From an uncultured candidate division Zixibacteria bacterium (GTDB taxonomy: Bacteria; Zixibacteria; MSB-5A5; GN15; FEB-12): 64,000 nt of DNA. How positions within the stretch are numbered: the first letter of the stretch is position 1; every line of letters begins with the position of its first letter. Shown here in pieces: positions 12,336 to 22,639 of the stretch. The notes beneath the pieces were generated by a model. It saw only the letters and a list, made by a program, of their open reading frames with translations. It had not been told where the DNA came from and made no database searches. The stretch covers positions 640,001 through 704,000 of the forward strand of contig CAWDXE010000007.1 in the NCBI GenBank assembly GCA_963806185.1, read 5' to 3'. A program made the position numbers and the translations under genes.

Positions 12336-15212
12336 ATGCATTGTACTCGCTTCACATTCGTACTCGGCGTGCTGTTGATACTTGCCTCGTCGAGTTGGGG
12401 GCAGGTCGCGAATCCTGAAAATGGACACCAGTATCTTCTGGTGGGCGGAGGTTATACCTGGTATCAGGCCAATGATTCGGCACAGAAGTTGGGAGGCTAC
12501 CTGGTATCGATTACCAGTGCTTCGGAGCAGTCCTTTGTCGAATCACTCATCTATCCTGAAGGAGTATTCTGGATAGGCGCCACCGACAGTCTGAATGAAG
12601 GCGACTGGGTCTGGACCTCCGGAGAATCGTGGGGGTACACCAACTGGCACAGTGGAGAGCCGAGCAACTCGAGCGGTATCGAGAATTTTGCGACGGTTAT
12701 GACCAGGCTCGGGTACACCGGCCAGTGGAACGACTATGGCGCATTGGGAAGTGCTGCGTTCATAGTTGAGTGGGGATCACCTGTCACTCCGAACGCCGTA
12801 AACATCAACTTCGGTCCTGACGCATTGGGGGATAATGTTTTCACGCAGACCCCTACAATCTTCTGGACATACTACGACGATCCCGCATCTACTCAGGTGG
12901 AATTCGAAATTCAGGTCGGTACCGACCAGGACTGGACGTCAGCGGAGATGTGGACTCCCGGACCGGTTACTTCATCCGACACCAGTGTTGTTTACGCCGG
13001 CGCGACGCTCGAGATGCCCGGCACCTACTATCTCCGCCTGCGCGTGAACAACGGTACGGCCTGGGGCGATTGGCGATACGCCACGATGCACGTAGTCGAG
13101 TCCGCCCGCGTACTCATCGTTCCGGATGATTACGCCACGATTTCGGAGGCGTTCGCCGCTGCCAATGCGTTCGACTCAGTAATGCTCCGGCCGGGCGTCT
13201 ATTCCGGGCCGGGATTCATCGGTCTCAGTCTGCCGAACCGACCGATCACGCTGTATTCGGAGAGCGGTCCGGCCGTCACGGTGCTGGACGCCGCAGGGGA
13301 CCGCAACTACTTCCTCAAGGCTGACAACGGGGCGGATTCCTTGACAGTTATCCGCGGAATCTCGTTTATCAATGCTGATTCCACGGCCGTGATACTCTAC
13401 AACTCGGCCCCGATAATTGCAAATTGCGTGTTTAATGGAAACCAGACCGACGGCAAGGGCACAGCTATATCGTTGTATTATTCTAATCTCCCGATTATTC
13501 GTAATTGTACGTTTGAGAGCAATATCTCGTCTTGGTGTGGTGGGGCCCTGTCGTTTGACCGCTCTGAAACGCCGAAGGTTCAGGATTGTCGCTTTGTCGC
13601 CAACCAGGCGCCCTACGGCGGCGCAGCAATCTCGGTATACAGCGATGTGACCTTCACGCGCTGCCTCTTCCAGTACAATTCCGCATCAGGTGATGGTGCT
13701 GCATCATACAACCAGAACTCAGGCATTCATCGGTTTGACAACTGCACGTTTTATGCGAATGGTGGCACGAGTGCCAGCAGTTCGGTCATCAGGGCGCTGG
13801 AGAACGTGTACATAAGCAACTCGATCATTACTGCGACTACGCTGGGTCGTGCGATAAACGCGTCCGGCGGACCGGTGAGTCTGTCGTGCACGGATATCTA
13901 TGGCAACGCCAACGGCGACTGGACGTCGGATATTGAGGCACAACAGCATATTGACGGCAATTTCTCGCTTGATCCGCTTATTTGCGATCAATCGCTGGCC
14001 TCGATTCCGGAGACTTCACCGTGTGCCCCCGCCAACAACTCCTGCGGAGTGTTAATCGGTGCAGGTACGGTGGGCTGCCCGAGTGTCTTGGTAAATGCGG
14101 TTTCCATTGACGGTGTGGCGATGAATTCACATGTCATTACCGAATCTCCGCTATTTGAGTGGTCGTCCTCGGCCGCGGCGCAGACGGAATTCGAAATCGC
14201 CATCGGGACCGACAACAGCTGGGGTATCGCCGAAATGTGGGCGCCGCCGGTGTTCGTGTCGGCCAGCCAATCAGTGACGTATGCCGGACTGTCGCTCAGC
14301 GACGGGACCAAGTACTATGGCCGGCTCAGAGTCTCGGATGGCACGGAGTGGTCTGCGTGGTATAGTTTCAACTTCCGCACCAATGCTGCACCGAGCACGC
14401 CGGTTCGGGTGAGCCCCGGACTCGGTGTGTGGACCACGCTTACGCCTGTCCTGACGGTCAGTGGAGTCGTTGACGACTCCGGAGAAACAATCTCCTATGA
14501 TTTCCAGGTGTTTACTGATTCACTCTCCTCATCTCCGGCAGCTCAGGTTTCCGGACTTCCCGGTGGTACCGGCACTTTCTGGACAGTCTCACCCGGCCTT
14601 TCTGACAACACGGCCTATTACTGGCGGGCCCGCGCGTACGACGGCTTTGAATACTCGCCTTGGGGTGCGTTTGCCTGGTTCGGTACCAATACGGCGCCTG
14701 AAGCTCCACAGATGTTTGGCCTCATTTCGCCGCCGGTGCAAGCCGGAAAGCCCGTCTACACGCTGTTGCCGGAGTTCGACTGGCAAGCGGCGGTCGATCC
14801 CGACCCGTTCGATTCCGTCAGCTACACGCTCGAATTGGCCACGGATCCAGGCTTCTTGTTCAAGATTCAGGTCGAATCCCTGAAGGCTATCACCTGGACG
14901 ACAGCCGATTCGCTCTCCCCGAATCTTCACTACTGGTGGCGAGTGACGGCACGCGACAAGACGAACCGCCTCGTTGTGGCAACCCCCAGGAACTTCTGGA
15001 CCTGGGCGTCGGGCGACTGCGACGGAAACCAAAACGTCGATATCGGAGATATATCGGCTATGGTCGACGCGCTGTTTATGTCGGCGGTAATGCCGGAACT
15101 GCATCTCATGTACGACGTAAATGGTGATTGCATAGTGGACATAGAAGACCTGACCGTGCTGGTCAGACACCTCTTTATCAGTTTTGAGCCGCTAAAGCCT
15201 GGTTGTCAGTAA
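12336..15212 (+). CDS. Secreted multidomain protein: C-type lectin, FN3-like repeats, right-handed beta-helix, C-terminal dockerin-like domain
   Basis: Signal peptide from ATG 12336; GGYLVSITS..WIGATD..W.W.SGE..NWHSGEPSN..WND lectin motifs; GGA/N..F..N beta-helix repeats; paired GDCDGNQNVDIGD / DVNGDCIVDIEDL loops. Confidence 0.8.
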   Translation: MHCTRFTFVLGVLLILASSSWGQVANPENGHQYLLVGGGYTWYQANDSAQKLGGYLVSITSASEQSFVESLIYPEGVFWIGATDSLNEGDWVWTSGESWGYTNWHSGEPSNSSGIENFATVMTRLGYTGQWNDYGALGSAAFIVEWGSPVTPNAVNINFGPDALGDNVFTQTPTIFWTYYDDPASTQVEFEIQVGTDQDWTSAEMWTPGPVTSSDTSVVYAGATLEMPGTYYLRLRVNNGTAWGDWRYATMHVVESARVLIVPDDYATISEAFAAANAFDSVMLRPGVYSGPGFIGLSLPNRPITLYSESGPAVTVLDAAGDRNYFLKADNGADSLTVIRGISFINADSTAVILYNSAPIIANCVFNGNQTDGKGTAISLYYSNLPIIRNCTFESNISSWCGGALSFDRSETPKVQDCRFVANQAPYGGAAISVYSDVTFTRCLFQYNSASGDGAASYNQNSGIHRFDNCTFYANGGTSASSSVIRALENVYISNSIITATTLGRAINASGGPVSLSCTDIYGNANGDWTSDIEAQQHIDGNFSLDPLICDQSLASIPETSPCAPANNSCGVLIGAGTVGCPSVLVNAVSIDGVAMNSHVITESPLFEWSSSAAAQTEFEIAIGTDNSWGIAEMWAPPVFVSASQSVTYAGLSLSDGTKYYGRLRVSDGTEWSAWYSFNFRTNAAPSTPVRVSPGLGVWTTLTPVLTVSGVVDDSGETISYDFQVFTDSLSSSPAAQVSGLPGGTGTFWTVSPGLSDNTAYYWRARAYDGFEYSPWGAFAWFGTNTAPEAPQMFGLISPPVQAGKPVYTLLPEFDWQAAVDPDPFDSVSYTLELATDPGFLFKIQVESLKAITWTTADSLSPNLHYWWRVTARDKTNRLVVATPRNFWTWASGDCDGNQNVDIGDISAMVDALFMSAVMPELHLMYDVNGDCIVDIEDLTVLVRHLFISFEPLKPGCQ

Positions 15213-15244
15213 GGCGATCGACAACCACACCATTGCACAACTAC

Positions 15245-15278
15245 GGGAGCGTCGCGTTGGCGGCGCTCCCTTTCTTTT
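15245..15278 (+). terminator. Rho-independent terminator
   Basis: GGGAGCGTCG..CGGCGCTCCC stem followed by TTTCTTTT. Confidence 0.8.
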
Positions 15279-15421
15279 GTTGTCCCCCGCTACCCGCGCG
15301 CTGTCGGGAGGGGGACTTTTAGCTTGATTTTGGCGCCTCAGACCGCCTTATATAGCCAGTTACAGCACAAAGTTGTCCCTTCTGCGCTTGGCTAAGACGT
15401 GATGTCCGGAACGGTGAACGG

Positions 15422-15916
15422 GTGATTATATTGGGTATTGACCCCGGTTTGAATATAACCGGTTACGGCCTTCTTGATTGGGTCGACGGGCAGGCCCGGC
15501 TGTTGGAGGGCGGAGTCATCCGCACTGACGACCACAATTCGATGGCCGAGCGCTTGTGTGAAATTGGCCGGGAGTTGGAAGGAATCATGACTCAGTTTGC
15601 GCCGGAGGTGGTGGCGCTGGAAGAGCTGTACTCGCATTATGCCCATCCGAAAACCGCTATTATTATGGGGCACGCGCGAGGAATAGTGTTTCTGAAGGCG
15701 GCGGAGGCGGGAATACCGGTCCACTCCTACGCCGCGACAAAAGTGAAGAAATCGCTCACCGGTAACGGACAGGCGACAAAAGCGCAGATGCAACGCATGA
15801 TTACATCGAGCCTGCTGCTCAAAGTTGTTCCGGAACCTCCGGATGCGGCCGATGCCTTGGCTGTGGCGTTGTGTCACTGTCGGGTGTTGGCGCAGGAAAG
15901 GGCGACCAGGCGATGA
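15422..15916 (+). CDS. ruvC: Holliday junction resolvase RuvC
   Basis: ILGIDPG, VALEE, VKKSLTGNGQATKAQM, DAADALAVALCH. Confidence 0.96.
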   Translation: MIILGIDPGLNITGYGLLDWVDGQARLLEGGVIRTDDHNSMAERLCEIGRELEGIMTQFAPEVVALEELYSHYAHPKTAIIMGHARGIVFLKAAEAGIPVHSYAATKVKKSLTGNGQATKAQMQRMITSSLLLKVVPEPPDAADALAVALCHCRVLAQERATRR

Positions 15917-16569
15917 TTAGTCGTATTAGCGGCGTATTGGTATCGGTCGGCGAGCAATCGGCGCTGATCGAGAATCACGGCCTTTCGTATGAAGTCCTGG
16001 TGCCGTCGGGACTGGCTGGACGGCTGAAGGATCGGGGGCAGGTCGGCCAACCGATAAGTTTCGAGACGATCTACTACATCGAAGCGGGCGACATGAAGTC
16101 GAGTCATTACCCGCGTCTGGTGGGATTCACCGAACCGGTCGAACGGGAGTTCTTCTCGCTGTTTACGCAAGTGTCTGGACTGGGGGTAAAGAAGGCCCTC
16201 AAATGCCTGGTGCTTCCGATTCGCGATATCGCGGCGGCGATCGAAACCAAAGATCCGGCCACGCTGAGCCGCCTGCCCGGAATTGGCGCGCGCCTGGCGG
16301 AAAAGATTATCGCCGAATTGAACGGCAAGATGGCGAAATTCGCCCTTTCGAAAATCGAGGAACCGCTGGCCATTCGCGAAAGGGTGACTTCACCGTTCCT
16401 GGACGAGGCGGTGGAAGTGCTGGTCCAACTTCAGTACAAGCGAGCCGAAGCGTTGGAGATGGTCAACCATGCGGTGAAGGCGAATCCCGGGATACAAAAA
16501 GTTGAGGACCTGATCACCGTGGTGTTTCGCAATGAGCAAAAATCACAAAAGGCGAAGGTGAGTTCGTAA
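15913..16569 (+). CDS. ruvA: Holliday junction branch migration protein RuvA
   Basis: MISRISG, VSGLGVKKAL, LPGIGARLAEKII HhH motifs; ATGA overlap with ruvC. Confidence 0.93.
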   Translation: MISRISGVLVSVGEQSALIENHGLSYEVLVPSGLAGRLKDRGQVGQPISFETIYYIEAGDMKSSHYPRLVGFTEPVEREFFSLFTQVSGLGVKKALKCLVLPIRDIAAAIETKDPATLSRLPGIGARLAEKIIAELNGKMAKFALSKIEEPLAIRERVTSPFLDEAVEVLVQLQYKRAEALEMVNHAVKANPGIQKVEDLITVVFRNEQKSQKAKVSS

Positions 16570-16570
16570 G

Positions 16571-17599
16571 GTGGCACGCGAACGAATTGTCTCAGGCGCA
16601 CAGCTCGGGCCGGAAGAAGATCTGGTCCAGTTCTCGCTACGGCCCAAAACGCTCAAGGAGTATATCGGCCAGCGTGAGCTGAAGGAAAAATTATTTGTAT
16701 TGCTCGAAGCGGCTCGAGGGCGCAGCGAGGCCATCGAGCATGTATTACTTTATGGCCCTCCCGGACTCGGCAAGACGACATTGGCGCACATCATCGCTCA
16801 CGAAATGGGCTCGCGTATCGTCTCGACATCCGGCCCGTCGCTCCAGCGCACCGGCGACCTGATGGGGATTCTGACCAATCTGGAAGATCGCGACATTCTG
16901 TTTATCGATGAAATCCACCGGTTGTCGCCGATAGTCGAAGAATTCATCTACCCGGCCATGGAAGACTTCAAGGTGGATTTCGTGGTGGACAAAGGCGCTT
17001 TTGCCAAGGTGATCAATGTGCCTTTGAAGCGATTTACACTGGTCGGCGCCACCACGCGGGCGGGCATGCTCTCGGCGCCCCTACGCGACCGTTTTGGACT
17101 GCACTACCATCTGGATTTCTATCCGGTCGCAGATCTCGAGGAGATCATTCTGCGGTCTGCGGACCTGCTGGAGATCAAGATCGATCGCGAATCGGCGGCA
17201 GCGATAGCCGGCCGGTCTCGAGGAACCCCGCGAATCGCCAACCGATTGTTGCGGCGAGTACGTGATTGGGCGGCGGTGAAGGCGAACGGCAATCTCGACA
17301 CTGGTATTGCCTTCAGGGCTCTTGATGCCGAGGGTATCGACGTCAACGGACTGGACGAACTCGACCGTAAATTCCTTCGCATTATCATCGAATATTACAA
17401 GGGGGGGCCGGTGGGGATTGAGGCGCTCGGAGCCACCCTAAACGAGGAGATCGACACGCTCGTCGACATGGTCGAGCCGTACTTATTGAAGATTGGTTTT
17501 GTTCAACGCACAAAGCGAGGGCGGATGACGTCGCCTGAGGCCGCCCGGCACCTGGGATTGAAGATTGCCGGCGGCAACGCGCAGGAGAGTCTATTCTGA
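16571..17599 (+). CDS. ruvB: Holliday junction helicase RuvB
   Basis: LRPKTL.EYIGQ, GPPGLGKTT, FIDEIHRL, GATTRAG, RGTPRIANRLLRR. Confidence 0.98.
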   Translation: MARERIVSGAQLGPEEDLVQFSLRPKTLKEYIGQRELKEKLFVLLEAARGRSEAIEHVLLYGPPGLGKTTLAHIIAHEMGSRIVSTSGPSLQRTGDLMGILTNLEDRDILFIDEIHRLSPIVEEFIYPAMEDFKVDFVVDKGAFAKVINVPLKRFTLVGATTRAGMLSAPLRDRFGLHYHLDFYPVADLEEIILRSADLLEIKIDRESAAAIAGRSRGTPRIANRLLRRVRDWAAVKANGNLDTGIAFRALDAEGIDVNGLDELDRKFLRIIIEYYKGGPVGIEALGATLNEEIDTLVDMVEPYLLKIGFVQRTKRGRMTSPEAARHLGLKIAGGNAQESLF

Positions 17600-17886
17600 T
17601 GAACGATTACGCCTCATTTGAAGAGCTTCTCCGTTCAACGGGTGCTCCCTTTACCGGCGATGCGAATGCTCTGGGGACCGTAGCCGTGTTATTGACGGAG
17701 ACTCTGCGTCATCGCGATCGGTTGCGTCAGGAAAAGGGGTATGTCCTGACGGTCGAGGATACCCGTGTCGCCCTCGACACCGTGGCGAACCATCTGAGCG
17801 GAAGTTGCAAGGCCGGACAGCCGCTTACGCCGGAACAGGCGATGCTCGTCCATATCTATCTCCAGAGACTCACGTCGATTGTCTGA
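17599..17886 (+). CDS. Hypothetical 95 aa protein
   Basis: Start overlaps the ruvB stop (TGATG) and the ORF fills the gap to queA; no motif recognised. Confidence 0.6.
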   Translation: MNDYASFEELLRSTGAPFTGDANALGTVAVLLTETLRHRDRLRQEKGYVLTVEDTRVALDTVANHLSGSCKAGQPLTPEQAMLVHIYLQRLTSIV

Positions 17887-17900
17887 CACGTTATTTTGCC

Positions 17901-18948
17901 GTGAAACTCGAAGACTTCGATTATCATCTCCCACCGGAGCTCATTGCTCAGTATCCGCCTGAACATCGGGGCGCATCTCGATTGCTGGTTTATGATCGTC
18001 GCAGTGGGCAGACGACTCACACCGCGTTTCCGAAGATTACCGAGTATCTGAAGAAGGGGGACGCCCTGGTGGTCAATAACACCAAGGTATTTAAGGCCCG
18101 GCTCTGGGGGCACCGTGCCACCGGCGGTCGAGTGGAGGTGTTTCTGGTCAGGAAACTGCCCGCTGAGACCGGGCGAGGCGAGCAATGGGAAGCGCTGGTG
18201 TCACCCTCGCGGCGAGTGAAGGAGGGGGAGAGAATTCACTTCGATGATCGCCAATACGTCATTTTGGATCAATTTCTGCATGAGGGTTCGTGGCTTGTCC
18301 GCTTTGAATCTCGTTCGCAACGAGTGAAGGCGGTGCGTGAATTTGGCCATATGCCGTTGCCGCCTTACATCCGTCGCGAAGATGCCCCGACCGATCTGCG
18401 CCGTTATCAGACCGTTTTTGCTGGCCGCACCCATGAGGGGGCGGTGGCAGCACCGACGGCCGGCCTGCATTTCACGCGAGACTCTGCTCGACGAGATTGC
18501 GGCAAAGGGGGTCAGCCTGATTGAACTGACGCTTCATGTCGGGCCGGGCACGTTTAAGCCGATTTCGGTTGAGCATATTGAGGATCACGTTGTGGATCCG
18601 GAGTTTGCCGAGCTTACACCGTTGGCCGCGACGACTCTCAACCGGGTGCGCCGAAGGGGCGGGAGGGTGTTTGCCGTGGGGACAACGTCGGTACGTACGC
18701 TGGAGGGAGCGCCAAATGCAGACGGACAGGTGCAGCCATTTACGGGCATGATTGATCTATATGTTCGGCCCGGCTTCAATTTCCGAGTGGTCGATAATCT
18801 CATTACTAATTTTCATCTGCCCAAGTCGTCACTTCTGGTACTGGTGAGTGCGCTTATCGGTCATGATCGGCTGATGGAGCTTTATCGTGCGGCAATCGAC
18901 GAGCGGTACCGTTTCTACTCATATGGCGACGCGATGCTGATTCTATAA
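17901..18948 (+). CDS. queA: SAM:tRNA ribosyltransferase-isomerase QueA (frameshift near 18478, probably error)
   Basis: FDYHLPPELIAQ, LVVNNTKV, PLPPYI, YQTVFA, AAPTAGLHF, then LHVGPGTF, VGTTSVR, TNFHLPKS, YRFYSYGDAM in the other frame. Confidence 0.93.
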
Positions 18949-18992
18949 AATGCTTTCGCCCCGGTACGGGCAGAGTCTATATTCCCGACATC

Positions 18993-19679
18993 ATGTCCTG
19001 CACAGCGATCATAGTGGCGGCCGGGCGATCGGAGCGCTTTGGCGGCGAGCTGCCCAAAGTCTTCTTGCCGGTGGCCGGTAAGCCGGTGCTGGCGTGGACA
19101 ATCGGGCGCTTCGAGGATTCCGGCTGCATTTCCGACATCGTTCTGGTAGTGGCCGAGGAGTATATGGAACGGGCGGCTGACCTGGTTTCTGATGCGGGAG
19201 CGGCAAAGGTACGAAGGATCGTATCGGGCGGCCAGACCAGGGCCGATTCCGTTCGTTTGGGACTACAGTCATTGAGCCATTCAACGGAATTGGTGGCAAT
19301 TCACGATGGGGCGCGACCGCTGACCTCCGTGGACGATATTGCAGCCGTCGTCGCCGCCGGAAAGCGATCAGGAGCGGCGATACTGGCCTCGCGGTGCACC
19401 GATGCACTCAAAGTGGTAAGGGATGGGGTTATCGAAAAAACGTTGTCCAAGGAATTGCACTATCTTGCCCAGACACCGCAGGTGTTCACCTACGAACTCA
19501 TCCGGTTGGCGCACGAGCGGACGTCAGTGAATGCCCCGGCCGCGGATGATGCTGTCTTGGTGGAGCAGTCCGGCACACAGGTGACCGTGATCGAACCGCG
19601 GTCCCCAAATCCGAAAATCACTTTTGGTTACGACTTGTTGTTGATTGAGACATTACTTACCCGGGGGTCATATGTCTAG
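18993..19679 (+). CDS. ispD: 2-C-methyl-D-erythritol 4-phosphate cytidylyltransferase
   Basis: AAGRSERFG..PK, GGQTRADSV, IHDGARP, QTPQVF, NPKIT. Confidence 0.95.
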   Translation: MSCTAIIVAAGRSERFGGELPKVFLPVAGKPVLAWTIGRFEDSGCISDIVLVVAEEYMERAADLVSDAGAAKVRRIVSGGQTRADSVRLGLQSLSHSTELVAIHDGARPLTSVDDIAAVVAAGKRSGAAILASRCTDALKVVRDGVIEKTLSKELHYLAQTPQVFTYELIRLAHERTSVNAPAADDAVLVEQSGTQVTVIEPRSPNPKITFGYDLLLIETLLTRGSYV

Positions 19680-20157
19680 GTTGCGTGTTGGTCACGGATA
19701 TGATGTTCACCGGCTGGTGGCCGGACGGCGGCTAGTGCTCGGCGGCGTAGACATTGCCCACGAGTCGGGGCTACAGGGACATAGTGACGCCGACGTATTG
19801 GTTCATGCGGTGATGGACGCGCTGCTCGGCGCCGCCGGACTTCCGGATATCGGGCAGCACTTCCCACCGAGTGATGCGAGGTACAAGAATATCGACTCGC
19901 TCAAGCTTCTTGCCGAGGTCGCCTCGATGCTTCGCGAACGGGGATACTATGTGGTGAATATCGACGTCACGCTGATGGCGGAGCGCCCGCATGTCAATCC
20001 GCACATTGCCGCCATGAAGGAGCGGCTTGCGGTCACCCTGAGTCTCTCCGTTGACGCGATCGGCATTAAAGCGACCACCTGTGAAAAACTGGGATTTGTC
20101 GGTCGTGAAGAAGGGATAGCCGCAGCGGCTGTCTGTTTGATTGCCTCGTATGCTTGA
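19672..20157 (+). CDS. ispF: 2-C-methyl-D-erythritol 2,4-cyclodiphosphate synthase
   Basis: RVGHGYDVH, GHSDADV..HA..DALLGA, DIGQHFP, KATTCEKLG. Confidence 0.96.
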   Translation: MSRLRVGHGYDVHRLVAGRRLVLGGVDIAHESGLQGHSDADVLVHAVMDALLGAAGLPDIGQHFPPSDARYKNIDSLKLLAEVASMLRERGYYVVNIDVTLMAERPHVNPHIAAMKERLAVTLSLSVDAIGIKATTCEKLGFVGREEGIAAAAVCLIASYA

Positions 20158-20785
20158 TGGAATTCAATCGGTAAACCAGTTTCTCGATCAGATTTTCGCC
20201 TACGGTTCGTTCTGGGTGTATGGTGTGCTGTTTGCCGCCTGCTTTATTGAGAACATATTCCCGCCGTTCCCGGGGGACACGTTTATTGCCGTGGCGGGCG
20301 GACTCATTGCCGCAGGGCGGATAAATCCGGTCGGCGCATTCGCCGCGATAATTCTGGGCGGGCTCACGTCGGTTCTACTGTTGTTCTTGCTGGGGTCCCG
20401 CTATGGCCGTGCCTATTTCTTGAAGAAGAATTTCAAGTACTTTTCGGCTGACGATATCCATCGGATGGAGGGTCGGCTGCAGCGCTGGGGGGCGCTGATC
20501 ATCATCCTGTCGCGTTTCATGATTGGCGTGCGCTCCGCCTTGGTGATTGCCGCCGGCATTGCCGAGTACAACACGGTGAAGATGTTGATCTTCACCGCCA
20601 TATCCTATATCCTGTTTGCATCGCTATTGATTTATGTTGCGGTCGAGGTGTTCCAAAATTACACTGACATTGAGCGGTTTTTCAGGACCTACAATCTGAT
20701 TATTCTGCCCGTATTGGCAATTGTGATTGTTGGGTATGTGGTACATAGATTTATCCGATTGAAGAAGACTAACGGTAAGCAATGA
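20150..20785 (+). CDS. DedA family membrane protein
   Basis: ENIFPPFPGD, SRFMIGVR and multiple TM helices. Confidence 0.88.
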   Translation: MLDGIQSVNQFLDQIFAYGSFWVYGVLFAACFIENIFPPFPGDTFIAVAGGLIAAGRINPVGAFAAIILGGLTSVLLLFLLGSRYGRAYFLKKNFKYFSADDIHRMEGRLQRWGALIIILSRFMIGVRSALVIAAGIAEYNTVKMLIFTAISYILFASLLIYVAVEVFQNYTDIERFFRTYNLIILPVLAIVIVGYVVHRFIRLKKTNGKQ

Positions 20786-21804
20786 AGATACTCTTGTTGG
20801 CGGGGGGAAAATCGAGCGAGCGCGACGTGTCTATGCGTAGCGGGGCGGCAATCTACGAAGCGCTACAGCGCCTGGGGCACACGGTACTCGCCATGGACCC
20901 GGCTGACGGTCGCATGCTGGCCATGGCCGAGGGAAAGTTCATCGAGAGCGGCCAGCCGGCGCCCGAATCCACTGATCTCACCGCGCCGGAAGTGTCGGCG
21001 GCGCTTCCGGTGACGCTGGCCTCGCGGGACTTTGCCGATGTCGAATTGGTCATGATCGGCCTGCATGGCGGCATGGGGGAAAATGGTTCGCTGCAGAACC
21101 TGCTCGATCTGGCCGGAAAGAAATATACCGGTTCCGACATGACCGCTTCGGCTGTCGCGATGAACAAGGCGATGTCCAAGCAATTGTTCATCTCCGTGGG
21201 TTTGACCACGCCGAAGTGGATGCTCTATCGACTGACCGGCCACACGACGCTCGAATCGGTGCAGCAGGATATCATTGCCAACCTGAAATTTCCCGTGATC
21301 GTGAAGCCAAATGACGGGGGATCGACAGTCGGGCTGACCAAGGTCGAGGCCGAGTCGGGATTGACAGAGGCGTTGCTGGCGGCGGCCCGGGAATCGCTCA
21401 ATATCCTGGTCGAGGAATATGTCCTCGGCCGCGAATTGACCGTGTCAGTCCTTGACGGTAAAGCGCTGCCGGTTGTGGAGATCAAGCCCAAGAACCCGCT
21501 TTACGATTACGAGGCCAAGTACACCAAGGGAAAATCGGAGTATCTTGCACCCGCGCCCATTTCACCCGAGCAAACGCAGGACGTGCAGAAGGCAGCCATG
21601 CAGGCGTATCAAGTGCTGGGGTGTGCAGGCCTGACCCGGATTGATTTCATACTTGGCGATGATCACAAATTCTACTGCCTGGAGGCAAATACCCTACCGG
21701 GGATGACTAATCTCTCACTGGCGCCAATGGCGGCCAAGTGTGTCGGTATGGAATTTGACGATCTGGTTGCGGCGATCATCAATTCAGCGCTGGAAAGGTA
21801 CTAA
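20782..21804 (+). CDS. ddl: D-alanine--D-alanine ligase
   Basis: GGKSSERDVS, LHGGMGENG, VKPNDGGSTVG, YDYEAKY, LEANTLPGMT. Confidence 0.95.
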   Translation: MKILLLAGGKSSERDVSMRSGAAIYEALQRLGHTVLAMDPADGRMLAMAEGKFIESGQPAPESTDLTAPEVSAALPVTLASRDFADVELVMIGLHGGMGENGSLQNLLDLAGKKYTGSDMTASAVAMNKAMSKQLFISVGLTTPKWMLYRLTGHTTLESVQQDIIANLKFPVIVKPNDGGSTVGLTKVEAESGLTEALLAAARESLNILVEEYVLGRELTVSVLDGKALPVVEIKPKNPLYDYEAKYTKGKSEYLAPAPISPEQTQDVQKAAMQAYQVLGCAGLTRIDFILGDDHKFYCLEANTLPGMTNLSLAPMAAKCVGMEFDDLVAAIINSALERY

Positions 21805-21810
21805 CCGAGT

Positions 21811-22548
21811 CTGGAAAAGCTGAAACCGAAAGCGATCATATTCGATTTGGGTTCCACCCTGATCGAGTATGAATCCGTGTCCTGGGAAGAACTGAATAAG
21901 CTATGCGCGGCTTCCGCCCGGAAGTACCTGGCGAAGAAGGGGCATCAGGTCGTCGAGCCGACCGAATTTCATGCCGCCTTCGAACAAGCAAAGGAAGCCT
22001 ACCGCCGGCATGCGGCTGAGTCGCTGGTCGAGTGGGATGTCCCCAAGGTGGCACGGGAATACCTCGCTAAGTGCAATATCCCGTGCGACGAGGAACTGCT
22101 GACAGCCTTCTTCGATGCCTACTACGAACCGGTCGAGAAGCATCTGTATATTTACCAGGACACGATTGAGACTCTGGAACGGCTAAAGGCTCGCTTTCCG
22201 ACTATCGGGTTGATATCCAACACGGTATTCCCGGAACGGGCCCATCTCGGTGAATTGAAGCGCTTCGGGATCAAACCCTTCCTGGATTTTACGATCTTCT
22301 CATCTTCTTTCGGATTGCGGAAACCCCACCCTGATATCTTCTATCGGGCGGCTAATCTGGCCGGCTATGCCCCGGCCGAATGCATCTATATCGGCGACCG
22401 TTATATTGAGGATATCGTCGGTCCGACCTCCATTGGCATGCCGGCGATCCTGAGAGTCAAACCGGACCGCGAGTACCCGGCCGATATGCCGGCGGATGTC
22501 CGCCGTGTAAGTACGCTTTCGGAGTTGGGCAACCATATCGAAATTTAG
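21811..22548 (+). CDS. HAD-superfamily hydrolase (start probably CTG 21811)
   Basis: KAIIFDLGSTL motif I begins upstream of the ORF-track start; ISNT, RKPHPDIF, YIGDR...D. Confidence 0.85.
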   Translation: MEKLKPKAIIFDLGSTLIEYESVSWEELNKLCAASARKYLAKKGHQVVEPTEFHAAFEQAKEAYRRHAAESLVEWDVPKVAREYLAKCNIPCDEELLTAFFDAYYEPVEKHLYIYQDTIETLERLKARFPTIGLISNTVFPERAHLGELKRFGIKPFLDFTIFSSSFGLRKPHPDIFYRAANLAGYAPAECIYIGDRYIEDIVGPTSIGMPAILRVKPDREYPADMPADVRRVSTLSELGNHIEI

Positions 22549-22550
22549 GG

Positions 22551-22579
22551 TTTACGGCCAATCTCCGGTTGTTTATATT
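22551..22579 (+). promoter_or_regulatory. Putative sigma70 promoter
   Basis: TTTACG-17 bp-TATATT upstream of the M42 peptidase gene. Confidence 0.5.
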
Positions 22580-22639
22580 CAGCCCCTTACACGCCCGGAT
22601 CGAGCCGTCGTCGGGCACAGTCCTTAGAGAGGTAAACCT

